Shown: one piece after another, positions 1 to 12,210 of the stretch
Position numbering within the stretch: position 1 is the stretch's first letter
How the letters are laid out: each line of letters starts with the position of its first letter
Origin: Anthoceros angustus
Lineage: Eukaryota > Plantae > Anthocerotophyta
Direction of reading: 5' to 3'
Length of the DNA: 30,445 nt
Assembly: GCA_010909165.1 (NCBI GenBank)
Contig: MU008151.1
Coordinates: 1,184,391-1,214,835 of the forward strand
Translations under genes and position numbers: made by a program
The notes under the pieces: generated by a model
Told to the model about the DNA's origin: nothing
Seen by the model: only the letters and a program-made list of their open reading frames with translations
The model's database searches: none

Positions 1-145
1 ATGGGTAGGGACGGGTGCGTGTCCATAATCGTACTTGTCCCTACCGAGGAAGGTGAGGGAAACAAGTAGGGATAGAGATGCGGGTAGTGTAGGGTGACAG
101 TGACTGGGTGGGCCCTACATGGGGTAGGGATGTAGGGTAGGGGCT

Positions 146-1616
146 GTGAATTTGTCAATGGCACTCGCTTACAATGTGAATTTGTCAATGGCACCGAAAC
201 CCGATCGAGGTGACATAACGTGCAAGATCGCTTTGCAATGGACCTTGTGTATGAGACTACGTTGTGAATTTGGTGTAAACGTGCAAAGGCTCGATCCTCT
301 TTGTCATACATTTACAACATACAAGCGCTTTGCAACGGGTGTGTTGTAAATTAGACTATGTTGTAATTCGTGGGAGGCCTATCTTGGCCTCTTAAACGCT
401 TTTACAATGTACAGGTTTGCAATTGATCGTGTTGTAAATTAGATTAGGTTGTACGATGTTGTAAAACATGAGAGAGGCCGATCCCGCCGCCTCAAACATT
501 TTACACGATAGTTTTAACGGACCGTGTTGTAAAACACGGTCCGCTGCAAAGCCCAATTGAATGCTTTGCCGTTGGGAGGAACATCCCCTACGCCAGATCA
601 TCTTATGGAGGTGGAATGGGAGCACCATGGATGTGGTCTTGGCGAGTGGGGATAATGCGTTCCAAGAATCTCGTTCTGTCTTATCGGTTACATCCATCAT
701 AGCTATGATGGGGCTTATTGAACGACGACCCCTACGTTAGATGGATCGCCTTAATTGGCAAGTGGGGATGACCGTCGATTTCAAAGAACCCACCGGTTTA
801 GTCTTCACTATGATGGACAACTAGTGGTGATTCCCCGACCTCATTTTTGTAGTCTTGCTTGCTTTGTCGTGATGGTGACATGGAATGCCCTTATGGGTAC
901 AAAGAAGGCTCGGCCCGCCTGAGAATGTAGTGGTGGGCACCTACCGTGGACATGTATGCAAAATTTGGTCGGAAAATGCCCGCCAAGTTTTTGGCTTGAA
1001 CGACCCATGAAAGAGGACAACTGAAATATGGTGAGTCGGAAGATGCAAAGGGCACGTGCACTCACAAATTGTGGAAGGAACGATTGCACTCATAGATGGT
1101 GGTGCATGTCTCTTGCCTAAGGGTGTTGTAGAGGCCGATCGTGGCCACCGCTTCCTCCGCTTCCTTGTACTCATGCTATGTTTTTAGGAGAGCTTCATTC
1201 CGCCGGGCACATATGCTTCCAAATGTTACAAGGCATCATCACCGGATGCAAGTGCATGCATCATGTACCCGCCTGCACATGTAATCTATATAGATGAAGC
1301 GACCATGTTACTTTTTGCCTCAAAGCAAAAACTAACATAGTCGCCTTGGCCAGCGGATCATGACCATGTTCGGCCGCAACGAGCGGTTGGCACTTCGTGG
1401 TGTATGCAAAATGTGGTGAATCGGAAGGTGCATGCCGATTTTGACAACCGAACGCCCATGAAAGAGGAGCCGGGCACCGTGGACATGTTTGAGAAGTGGA
1501 AGGTGGTTCACGTGTTGGAGTCTCTGATTTCTCGACCTTCTGCTTTCAAGTGCAACAGACCAATTCCTCGTGGTACGAGTACCAGAGGCCGTGGTAAGCA
1601 TAATGAGCAATGCCAC
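146..1616 (+). repeat. Segmental repeat, copy A (matches 6313-7807; its first ~430 bp also match 2267-2707)
   Basis: Colinear near-identity with 6313-7807 from GTGAATTTGTCAATGGCAC to ATAATGAGCAATGCCAC. The differences are mostly small indels. Confidence 0.93.
600..1450 (+). pseudogene. Degenerate PLS-class PPR gene fragments in repeat copy A
   Basis: Cross-frame translation gives VTWNALMG (~875), ENVVVGTYxVDMYAKFG..ENAxQVF (~920-995) and VYAKCGExEGACRxFD (~1398-1446). These match the plant PPR consensus (LVDMYAKCG..A..VFD; DVVSWNALI). Confidence 0.8.
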
Positions 1617-1990
1617 GTAACCTCGGCAAGATGTAGACACCCAACGACTTGGCACTAACCATTCTCGCCCATGCCCGCAATGCGCCCTCCTCCTCTCTCG
1701 ATGTTGGACTCCAATGCCCCTAACGATGCCTCTAGCGGGCTCGAATCGGTAAGGCTAGGTCAACAACCCTTTCCAGTGGACATTCTCGCCTTGCAAACGT
1801 GCAAGACGCTTGCAACTTTGTTGTCCACTTGCATTTTGCCACACTACATCTCTTTCACATTTCACATGGATGCAATGGGGGAAAGTAGAACATCAACACG
1901 GGCGCCCCCGGATAGCGAACCAAAAGAGCGAGGAGAAGAGGGCCGATGGAATGAGATCGGTAGAATACCCAAGCGTTTAATGGCTCTGTA

Positions 1991-2707
1991 CCTTAGTGTA
2001 TTCATGGATGCTAGTTCATATGGCTTCGCATCAAGAAATCACGTGAGTTCGTGTCCAATTTTTGGTGGAAGTTGTTTGACTAAATGACACATGAAGAGGT
2101 GCATGTCTCTTGCTTGAAGGTGGTGCATCTCTTGCCCGAGGGTGTTGTGGAGTCTTGGTTGCGGCCCGCTCGCCGTTCCTAACTCTTGCTATGATTTATG
2201 TGAGAGCACGAAAGCAAGTGGTACTTGGGGAACCGTGGCTTGTGTCTCTCGATCGCCGGTGGCTCCTGTGAATTTGTCAATGGCACTACGCTACAATGTG
2301 AATTTGTCAATGGCAATCGAAGCCCGACCGAGGCGATACAACGTGCAAGATCGCTTTGCAATGGACCTTGTATATGAGACTACGTTGTGAATTTGGTGTA
2401 AACGTGCGAGGCTGATCCGGCCTTGTCATACATTTTACAACATACAAGGCGCTTTGCAACGGGTGTTGTAAATTAGACTATGTTGTAAAATTCGTGGGAG
2501 GCCTATCTTGGCCTCTCTTAAACGCTTTACAATGTAGTGAGGTTTGCAATGGATCGTGTTGTAAATTAGATTAGGTTGTACGTATGTTGTAAAACATGAG
2601 AGAGGCCGATCGGCCGTCTCAAACATTTTATAACGTAATTGTTTTAACGGACCGTGTTGTAAAACACGGTCCGCTTAAAGCCCAATTGAATGCTTTGTCT
2701 TGGCCGG
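1991..2707 (+). repeat. Segmental repeat, copy B (matches 6001-6749), truncated on the right
   Basis: Starts CCTTAGTGTATTCATGGATGCTAG as at 6001 and stays colinear through GAATGCTTTGTCT..GGCCGGGAGGA. It is offset 2121 bp from copy A (146 vs 2267). Confidence 0.92.
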
Positions 2708-5186
2708 GAGGAGGTGACCGTCGGAGAGAAGCTGGGAGGAGGTGACTGACGGAGAGGTGTGTTGGGTATACCTCTTCACTCCCACTTGTTGATCATTTTG
2801 GAAAGTGATGCTCCAACAACCGGATCATCTCCTCCTTGTAGGATGGAGTCGGGTGAAAGCTGCTGCATTATGCTCACCGCACGCCCCCGCTTCGTATATA
2901 TTCGAGCGTGAGAAACCACCCTCACCAGTGCGTTATATTCCTCTTCATCTTCACGCCTGCAATTGGAGAAGGGTTGTGAGCGAACTGATCGAGATGTCCC
3001 TCCTCTAAGGATGCGAACCCCGCCACCGAAGAGAGACTCCCTAGGCCGGCAAGCAAGGCGGCTAGGACAACCGCCTCCTCTGCTCGCAAGGGACCCGGCG
3101 ACACCGCTGCCGGGAAGCTCGAGCCGACCAAGAAACGGAGCGCCCGCACAACGCTGTGCCGAGGACTAGGCGCGAGGCCATAATCGCGGAGGACATGGGA
3201 GGTCCTCCATTGCGCGCTTAGCTTCCACAATTTCTCCCACGTGCCCCCACGCCACTGCCGCAAAGAGGGAGCTCGGGGCCTCGACCTGTGGGCCCGAGGC
3301 TATGACGGAGGAGGTGAGGCCCTCACGGCCTCGAATTTCCCTCGAGGTAACCACGATAAGGATGTGAAGATTGTGAGCCTAGGCAGCAGCAGCTCTCCTA
3401 TCTCGTATCGATGCAAGCATACCGTCTCGGTCATGAAGCGGATCGAGTGCGTAGTTACCACTGTTCCTCGGTCATGTTGTAAGCCGCTAAGTGACACGGG
3501 TTTTGCTTCATCTCTCCTACTCCCACTCGCTCTAAAGCTATCTAATTGCTTTGTGTCTTGACCGCAGGATCATCTTGAGGATTGAGGAGGATCTTGTCCC
3601 AAGATTACATGTGCGGTGAGGACTCCGATGCTACGAAGGCCTCCAGGTCCTCCGACTCGAGAATCCAAAGGAAGAGTCCTCCGAGACCGATTTAACTGAA
3701 ATGGGATTAGGTAGCGTGGCATGTAGGGTTAGATAGGAAAGTTCCACTCTCCTAACCCCGGACCGAACATGCTTCTGCAGCTCTTTGAAAGAGCTTTAAT
3801 ATATCTGCAGGGTTTTCTTGTGTAGGCACATACTTGCTTGTAACCTTCCTGCGCTTTGGGATGCCGTGGTTTGAGCTCGAAGTGAGATCAAGATTCGGAA
3901 GTGAGGTGAGGAGTCAAAGTGTGAGCTCCTCTTCACTCGAAGGTCACCAGAGGATCCTTCAACCTTAGCAGCTAAGGATCTAAATACTCCTATGTGTTTT
4001 TCAGTGGAATCACCTCAATGCTGCCATTACACTAATGACATTTCGTCTTGCATACAGGTCCTTCAACCTCTTCCAGATTTGTGCAGCTGACATTTCAACA
4101 TTTCAACATGCCTCTACATTTCAGATGTTACGACTAACCATGCTTCGTGAAATCCCTCTGAAGACTGGTTTTTTCAGCAATTCTGGCATACTATGTAGAT
4201 TATCAGCACGTGAAGGCCTATCAGAAACTCTATACCTATTGCCTATTAGAAATTAGCTCGGAGGCGCCATCACGGCGCTCGGATTGGCCATTTCATTAGG
4301 CCCGACTTTGCCGCTAATATGCAAGAACTCGCATATCATTGTATTACAAATCTTTATATGTAGCACTAATCAGGTTGTCCTAGTGTATCTCCATTGGAAT
4401 TGCGAAGCAATCCAAAGGAAGTACACTAGGATTCCTACCTAGATTCGCAGTTGCTATAAAATTTTCAACCGGGTATACTCCCGGCCTAGGGTTGAACTCA
4501 CTACTCCACCATGGAGTAGCGAGATTGTATACATGTCCCGACTGGGCCCTTGATGAGTCGGCCAATTTTACCCCTCTACCTAACATGCATATATAGCCCT
4601 ACATGCAATATCTAGAAAACGGAATTCCCATGGTTCAAGGAAGTTGCCTTCCTCGGCCCTCGAAATAGGTTTCTATCTACCACTTTTCCCAAGGACCAAG
4701 GAACATCCTTCCGAACCTCAAGACCAAGGACTCGAAATAGGCTTCTATCTACTTGCTACTTTCCCAAGGACCAAGGAACATCATTCAAACCTCAAGACCA
4801 AGGACTTGAGTCTGCTTCCCAAACCCCAAAGACCAAGGACTTGAGTCCTACCTATTTGAATAGATAGGACTACCGGACTGGGTAGCGGACTTGAGCGGCC
4901 ACCGCTTCTCGGTGTGACCACACTGCAACCGTCCTCCCATCACCACTTCCTAGGACTCCCTCTTGTGCGTGGGAAACTAGGCGAGGTAAGAGGAGCTCTC
5001 GCTCACGACATTCGGTGCAAGGAGTCCGGTGAGGTCCTCGGGTTAAACAACATGTTCAAGCCACTTGTTGGATGAGAAGCTTGTTTCTTTGAATATGGTG
5101 GGTCATTGTGCTTCTCCTTCCAAGTCGAGCTCCCAAGAAAGCTCGAGCTCGGGAGGTGTGCCGGATTGGATATGGGAGTCGTGACA
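2708..5186. mobile_element. Unclassified block between PPR-repeat copies; possible LTR-retrotransposon remnant
   Basis: Interrupts repeat copy B abruptly at ~2707. It ends in GTCGTGACA (5178-5186), an LTR-like terminus that is an 8/9 inverted match to TGTTACGAC (4126-4134). No TSD or recognisable protein motif was seen. Confidence 0.3.
4659..4848 (+). repeat. Tandem repeat, ~72-75 bp unit, 2 copies plus a partial third
   Basis: CTCGAAATAGG.TTCTATCTAC...TTTCCCAAGGACCAAGGAACATC.TTC..ACCTCAAGACCAAGGA occurs at 4659 and 4731. AGACCAAGGACTTGAGTC recurs at ~4830. Confidence 0.85.
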
Positions 5187-5204
5187 CTAACCATCGACGT
5201 TATG

Positions 5205-5995
5205 TGAGTAGGGAAAGCTATCGAGGCCGTTGGAGCTGTAAAATGCGAGATAGACTATTCTATTCCTCACCCCATCTTATATGTCGTGCTAAAACTTTGT
5301 GCGATAAGAAGGACATGGTTGTGGGATGAGCGCTCATGATCTCACACCAAACTTGGGTACGAGTCAATCACATACTTGGGGAACCATATCTTGCGATGTA
5401 TGTATCCGGAGGTAGGCTACGGAGGGTGGGCAAACCAAATCCCTTCATGTGGTTTTCAATAATCCGCACATGCTACACATGGGGAGCCTAATGAGGCGAT
5501 ACAACTTTACTATGCGATGTGTCGCTCCGGTGTGAAGGCGGATGCCCACATCTTTGTAGCAGCCCTTCAAGCTTGTGCATTTGTGGACTCGAATCTAGCG
5601 TAAAAGTGCGCATGATATGTTGCATGCTGACATTCCACCGAACTTGTTTATTGCCAACCGGTGGACATGTGACTCGAGAGCTGAGAATGAGCGGCCCTAC
5701 GCCACCGGATCATCCGATGGTGGAATGGGAGCACCATGGATGTGGTCTTGTAGTGGGGATAACTTTTGTGTTCAAGAATCACTTTGTTCTATCGTTGCCC
5801 ATCATAGTGCTATGATGAGCCTGCCTCAAAGCAAAAACTAATATAGCCGCCTGGCCACAAGGATCATGACCATCGGCACCGCAGAATGCGTGTTTACTGT
5901 GGTGTATGCAAATGTGGTGAACTGGAAGGTGCATGTCCACCAGCCAGAGCCTTTCATGGGCGTCAAGCCGATTCACAAAAGTGGAAGGTGGTTCA
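5205..5995 (+). pseudogene. PLS-class pentatricopeptide-repeat protein pseudogene, N-terminal part
   Basis: Read across frameshifts: ILYVVLKLC.KKDMVVGMSAH..TKLGYESITYLGNHIL.MYVSGGRL..KPNPFMWFSII.AHATHGEPNEAIQLYYAMCRSGVKADAHIFVAALQACA..MLHADIPPNLFIAN..VDM..VYA.CGELEGAC. These are successive P/L/S PPR motifs. Confidence 0.88.
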
Positions 5996-6000
5996 CGTTT

Positions 6001-7807
6001 CCTTAGTGTATTCATGGATGCTAGTTCATATGGCTTCTCGCATCAAGAAATCACGCTCGAAATATGTGTCCAATTTTTGGTGGAAGTTGTTTGACCTAAA
6101 TGACACATGAAGAGGACTGCATGTCTCTTGCTCAAGGTGGTGCATGTCTCTTGCTTGAAGGTGGTGCATCTCTCTTGCCCGAGGGTGTTGTGGAGTCTTG
6201 GTTGCGCCCGCTTCGTGCCGTTCCTAACTCTTGCTATGATTTATGTGAGAGCACGAAAGCAAGTGGTATTGGGGAACCGTGGCTTGTGTCTCTCTAATCG
6301 CCACGGTGGCTCGTGAATTTGTCAATGGCACTACGCTTACAATGTGAATTTGTCAATGGCATCGAAACCCGATCGAGGCGATACAACGTGCAAGATCGCT
6401 TTGCAATGGACCTTGTATATGAGACTACTAGAATTTGGTGTAAACGTGAGGCTCGATCCCCTTGTCATACATTTTACAACATACAAGTGCGCTTTGCAAC
6501 GGCTGTGTTGTAAATTAGACTATGTTGTAAATTCGTGGAGGCCTATCTTGGCCTCTCTTAAACGCTTTACAATGTACGCGGTTTGCAATGGATCGTGTTG
6601 TAAATTAGATTAGGTTACGTATGTTGTAAAACATGAGAGAGGCCGATCCCGCCGCCTCAAACATTTTACAACGTACATTGAGTTTTAACGGACCGTGTTG
6701 TAAAACACGGTCCGCTGCAAAGCCCAATTGAATGCTTTGTCTGGCCGGGAGGAACATCCCTACGCCTAGATCATCTTATGGAGGTGGAATGGGAGCACCA
6801 TGGATGTGGTCTTGGCGAGTGGGGATAATCGTTTTCAAGAATCTACCGTTCTGCTCTATCGTTCTCCCATCATAGCATATGATGGATTTATTGAACGACA
6901 CCCCACGTTAGATGGATCGTCTTAATTGGCAAGTGGGGGATGACTGTCTTCAGATTTCAAAGAACCTACTGGTTTAGTCTTCACTATGATGGACAACTAG
7001 TGGTGATTCCCTGACCTCATTTTTGTAGTCTTGCTTGCTTTGTCAGGGATGTGGTGACATGGAATGCCCTTATGGGTACAGCAAGGGCTCGGCCTGCCTG
7101 GAGAATGTAGTGGTGGGCACCTACCTGGTGGACATGTATGCAAAATTTGGTGAACTGGAAAATGCCTGCCAAGTTTTTGACAGTTGAACGACCCATGAAA
7201 GAGGACAACATGAAATATGGTGAGTGGAAGATGCAAAAGGGCACGAGCTGCACTCACAAATTGTGGAAGGAACGCGATTGCACTCATAGATGGTGGTGCA
7301 TGTCTCTTGCCTAAGGGTGTTGTAGAGGCCGATCGTGGCCACCGCTTCCTCCGCCGCTTCCTTGTACTCATGCTATGTTTTTAGGAGAGCTTCATTCTGC
7401 ACATATGCTTCCAAATGTTTTCACAAGGCATCACCGCCGGATGCCGAGTGCATGCATCATGTGGCGACCGCCTGTGCACATGTAATCTATAGATGAAGCG
7501 ACCATGTTACTCTTTGCCTCAAAGCAAAAACTAACATAGTCACTTGGCCACGTGGATCATGACCATGTTCGATGATCACGAACGCAGGTTGGCACTTCGT
7601 GGTGTATGCAAAATGTGGTGAATGAAGGTGCATGCCGATTTTGACAAGAACGCATGAAAGAGGACCGGGCACCGTGGACATGTTTGATGTGGAAGGTGGT
7701 TCACGTGTTGGAGTCTCCGATTTCTCCTCACCTTCTGCTTTCAAGTGCCAGACCAATTCCTCGTGGTACGAGTACAAAGCTGTGGTAAGCATAATGAGCA
7801 ATGCCAC
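6001..7807 (+). repeat. Segmental repeat, copy C (longest; covers the content of A and B)
   Basis: 6001-6749 aligns to 1991-2707, and 6313-7807 aligns to 146-1616. Confidence 0.92.
6770..7650 (+). pseudogene. Degenerate PLS-class PPR gene fragments in repeat copy C
   Basis: PDLIFVVLLA (~7010-7040), DVVTWNALMG (7048-7077), ENVVVGTYLVDMYAKFGELENACQVFDS (~7101-7184) and VVYAKCGE..GACR.FD (~7599-7646). Confidence 0.85.
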
Positions 7808-8859
7808 AAAAATAATTAGGTTTACAGATTTCAGCCTTAGCTGATAGCTCTTCCCTACACTACTCGCTCTTGTTTGTCCTGAGACACACCCAGATTTCCA
7901 GTGTTAGGCATCTTCAGAGTTAGCATTTATTTTCATTCAAGAGGGAGCATGGATGAAGCATACAGTTCTTACCTAGTCTTGTCCCCTCTTCCCCTTGTCC
8001 TCCTGTGGGAGTTTTGTTCATGTCCTCCTAGTTTTTGGCAACTCCTGCCTCAGCCTTCACTTCCTCGTCGCCATCTGCTGGCAGTGGGGTGCCGATTGCC
8101 TCACGCCAGCACACTCTCATGCCTCGGAGAGGGTCCACAACTTGCACATCTCCGAGGTCCATTTTCACAAAAGTGTTGTGTCTATCCTCCGACGCCTCAC
8201 CGTTACGCTTTGTCGCTATCTCGACCTCCCATCCGCAGCTTCTCATAAAATGTTGCAGATTGAAGGGTTTCCACTCCATAGTCTTGCCTTACTTTAAGCC
8301 GCAATCCGCCTTCAACTGCGTGCCCCAGCCGCCGCTTTCTTCCCGCTTATAGTATGAGCGCCGCCTCAAAGACCTTCCAAAGGGTCGATAACGAGCTCCG
8401 CTCGCCGCCATCGACTCGACCGCCATCGTATGATTACACAGTATACCGCAATGAGGAGGGCAACTATGGCCAGTGCGAGACATGGTGCGTACCGCCATCG
8501 TTTATTAATACCGAGCGCTGGAGCGATCGACGCTGAAAGCCTGCATCGCTCGAGTTTTACGTTTACAAGTCCCGTTTTCAAAATACTGCCTAGGTTATGT
8601 GGGAGTATGAAAAATATAATTTTAGGTATATTAAAGTTAACCTAGGCGTATTAGGTTTAGACTATATAAACAACTTTTTGTTTATCCTCAATGTGCTTAA
8701 TTCATTATTCATTGTTTCTAGCACTCCGGCTCTCGTACACATAATGTCAAGCTGTCTTGATGTAATTCCAGCATTTCTTATTTATTCATAGGAAAGGGTC
8801 GAGGAGATCGAGCTCCCTCCTCTCCGCCTCCACTGGCCGCCTCGCCCTCATCGAGAAGT

Positions 8860-9480
8860 GAGGATGAACTCAAGAAAGCTCCACATCGGACGAAGAATCA
8901 GAAAAGGCCTACGAACGGCGAATGAAGAAGGACTTGGAGAAGGTCAAAAGAAGGCAGGAAGAGGCGGAACGCGCGCTGGAGAAGGAGAGGAAAGGGAAGA
9001 CGGTCCGTCGATGGAGAAGGAGAAACACGCTGAGGTGGAATTGCGGGACAAGTGGAGGCTTTAACCAAGAGATTGACCGAGTTAGAGGTCAAAGTGAAGA
9101 ATCAAGCTCCACGAAGATCTCCTCACCGCAGAGCTGGTGTATTGCTCAATTTGTCATCAAACGGACACACCAATGTGGAATGTATTCGCACACCACGCCA
9201 GAAATCATGTGGACACCGCATGCCGGGGACTATTGGTATGTGGATGAAGCCAGTGCAAGCGTCATCGAAGTCGGCCACCTCAATCAATGAGGGCGACTTA
9301 CCAACCGCTACACCGCCTCGAGGTATGGATCGCGACATCGCCAGACCATGGAGACCGGATTCCATCACAGAGGCCGGCGGCGATTCCACAAGGGTGTTGT
9401 TATAATTATGGAGCATGTGTCACTACTCAAACGAATGCCCGTAACCACGAAGCAAGTGTATGTACCTTTTGTCAAGTCCG
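8860..9480 (+). pseudogene. gag: gag C-terminal region with two CCHC-type zinc knuckles (frameshifted)
   Basis: VEALTKRLTELEVKV coiled segment, then YCSICHQT.HTNVEC (~9140-9183) and CYNYG..(G)HYSNECP (~9397-9441). Confidence 0.75.
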
Positions 9481-10319
9481 GAATTGGGGCATAAGATGGG
9501 GATCCTGTGCTCGGAGTGGCGCGAGTAACACCAAAGACGACCGGGGTCGCACGGAACCGTGGCGAGGAGGCACGACCCAACCCTGAAACCGCGATCACCG
9601 TGACCACGACGCCGGTGTTGAAGGTGGAAGCGGAGTACGATTTCTTAATCCAGGACATCCGAATTGTGGAGGAAGGGTACGAGGGAGAGATAAGCGCGGA
9701 TGAAGGATTGATGGTGGCCAAGGTGACCACCGAGCGCGACGGAGAAAGGCCGAGGCAAAAACGGCGTGAGGGAGAGGAAAGGAAGGAGGAAGGTGAGGGA
9801 CGACTCACCGCCTCCAGAGACGCGCTCGCCGCATGAGAAGGAGAAGGAACGGCCCACCCAACCGAAGGGCGTACCACCCCTAGCCACGGGTAGACAGCCT
9901 ACCCGTAGGGCGGAAGAAGGGCTAAAGGAAGGAGAGGAACGGATCGCTCCTCCCGATATCACCCGGCGTGGCGGCGCCGGAGGATGAGCTAACACTCCAT
10001 GAAGAAGAAGGTGGCGGAGCCAGAAATTGTTGATCCGCCGGGTATAGGGTCCCACCCGACAGGAGGGACCATGGAATCAGGAACTTTACCAATAAGGTCG
10101 GAGCCGACCAGCGTCAGGGCTGCAAACGGGGAGGAAACCTTGTCAGATAAGATCTCCAGTTTCGCTGACGCATTGCTTGACCGCGAATTTGTGGTCAGTT
10201 TGAGACAGTTGCTTGCGGTGAGTCCGAGATCCCGCAAAATTGTGAAGGAAGCGATCAGGAATCAAGTAGGGGTGAGGAACGGCCAGGAGGTAAATGTGGT
10301 CGAACTTGTTGATTTGGGG

Positions 10320-10600
10320 CACCCGAGATTGAGGTTGAAATTGCAGATGCTTGGTGCCCAATGTGCCATTGATTCGGATCGAGTCAACTTGATGACGGAG
10401 GAGAGCCATCAACTTGGGTTCACCGAGTTCCACCCGCCCGAGTGTTTTTTACGGATGGCCGACCAAACAAGAAGGAAGCCATTGGGTGAAGAATGTACCA
10501 ACTGATTGGGGTCTCACCTTCCACCTCACTTACATTGTGATGCGCCGCTGGATTTAGGCTATAAGGTTTTGATAGGCGTGCCTTGGTATGGTACGCATGT
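10320..10600 (+). pseudogene. pol: Retroviral-type aspartic protease domain
   Basis: CAIDS(G)..VNLM active-site motif, LRMADQTRRKPLG flap region, and a YKVLIGVPW C-terminal motif. Confidence 0.8.
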
Positions 10601-10989
10601 TTGATTTTGGTCGAGTGGCCACCTTCAAGTCCAATAGTAGGACCGCGATCGTGTGTCATGGAGCAAGGCTCCTATGAGGGGAGTCTCACCCAAATGGGTA
10701 CACCTGTAGCACGGGGTAAGCTCCTGCAAAGGACCGAGCTATCGGGACCTTCACCGAGGTCCAAATAAAAGTTGATTTGGAGTATTCATTGCATAGAGGA
10801 TGTCGAGAAGAGTCAAGATGAGGCACATAGAGAGGAGTAGCCTTTGAGGGTAAGCTTATGATCGTGATTTTCCGAGGAGGGATCCGACCAAAGAAAGGGA
10901 ACATACGTAGATCCCGATGTCAGAGGATTTAGAGTTAGCATGGCAAGGTAGTCAAGGTTTCTAGGTATCTAGGTGTAGAGAAAGAAGAG

Positions 10990-11660
10990 TTTCAGAGTAT
11001 GCTTAGGAGTATGTTGTGTTTGCCTTCAACGATTACGACAGAATGAAAGAACTGGATACATCGAATCGACTTGAAGGAGGGCAGACTCGAGAATCAAGAT
11101 GCATCGAATCCCAAGTATTCCATGGTCTGAAGGATCACCGACCAATATTTGGAGTGAGTATCACCTGCTCACTAGTGGGTCGCACCATCGTGATTGTACC
11201 AAAGAAGCAAGCAGGAAAGGTTCATGCCGTGATTTCGTGAAGCTCAATGAAGCAACGAAGAAGGATCATCACCTTGCCTTTCATGGACAAGTGGACACGA
11301 GTCGACATGATGTATAGTTTCTGATATTCGGGTACAATCAAATCGATGGAAGGAAGATCAGACAAGACAACATTCACAACGGATTGGGGAACCTACGCTT
11401 ATTCAAAACTCCCTTCGGTTGTGTAATGCCCCGCCACTTTCAATGGTGAACGCATATTCCGAGATTTTCCGAGGAAGTTTATGGAGGTATTCCTAGATGA
11501 TTTCGTGTTCGAAGGAAGACCGTGATTTAGATCATTTGAGACAATGTTTCAAATGCAGAGTCGAACATGAAACTTCATCCGGGAAGTGTTATTTTGGTAT
11601 GACGGAGGGCATTTTGTTAGCACATCGAGTCTCTCAGACGAGGATAAGGAGAAAGTAGCA
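10990..11660 (+). pseudogene. pol: Reverse transcriptase domain (frameshifted)
   Basis: IVIVPKK..DF.KLNEATKKDH, SGYNQI, KTTFTTDWGTYAY.KLPFG.CNAPATF, and FMEVFLDDF (YxDD equivalent, ~11478-11504). Confidence 0.95.
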
Positions 11661-11679
11661 ATTATAGAGATGGACGCAC

Positions 11680-12210
11680 CACAAACGGTGAGACAAAGCG
11701 TTTTTGTAGGACGGTAGGATATTACAGAGGTTCATCAAGGATTTCGCTAAGAAGGCAGCCTTGTTGACACAATTGACCAAGAAGGATATACCTTTCGAAT
11801 GGACAATGCAAGATGAGGCTTTTCAAACAAGGACAGCTTAGTGAGCGCACAACGTTACAACCGCCGGATTGGGAAAACCGCTTCACGATACGTGATGTGT
11901 CCGCTATGCCATCGGGACCGCTCTTAAGCCGTAAGGACGAAGAAACGGATCATCCGATTTTCTATGCTAGACACCACGGATGCCGAGAAGAACTACTCAA
12001 CCACGGAGCGGAGGGTCTTGGTATTATTTACTCGTAAGAAGTTTAGACACTATCCGCTTGCTTGCAAAGTGACGCTCCATGTTGACCATTTTATGCTGAA
12101 GTACCTTGTGCCGCGGTCGTGAAGGATGGGTACTACTGCAAGAATTGATTACGACGAGAAACTAGGCTGTGAAGCAAGATCAAAATGCTGATTTTATTTC
12201 TCTGAAACGG
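11680..12210 (+). pseudogene. pol: RT connection and RNase H domain (frameshifted)
   Basis: GYY.RFIKDFAKKA..LTQLTKKDIPFEW, LQPPDW, HPIFYA, AEKNYSTTEREGLGIIY..KKFRHY, HVDH..LKYL, QNADFIS. Confidence 0.92.

Noticed and set aside
1-145. G-run-rich stretch with possible G-quadruplex or hairpin
   Set aside because: It is truncated by the window edge and no function can be supported.
146-200. Short direct repeats (TGTGAATTTGTCAATGGCAC x2) and GTTGTAAA motifs as a CRISPR-like array
   Set aside because: Too few copies, no regular unique spacers, no cas genes, and the context is eukaryotic.
1275-1312. HVIYIDEATML, resembling a helicase Walker B motif (also at ~7485)
   Set aside because: No Walker A or other helicase motifs are nearby, and it sits among PPR fragments. 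Likely chance.
4126-5186. Solo LTR bounded by TGTTACGAC..GTCGTGACA
   Set aside because: The flanks (TCAGA vs CTAAC) give no TSD, and no PBS or PPT is evident. Kept only as a low-confidence remnant.
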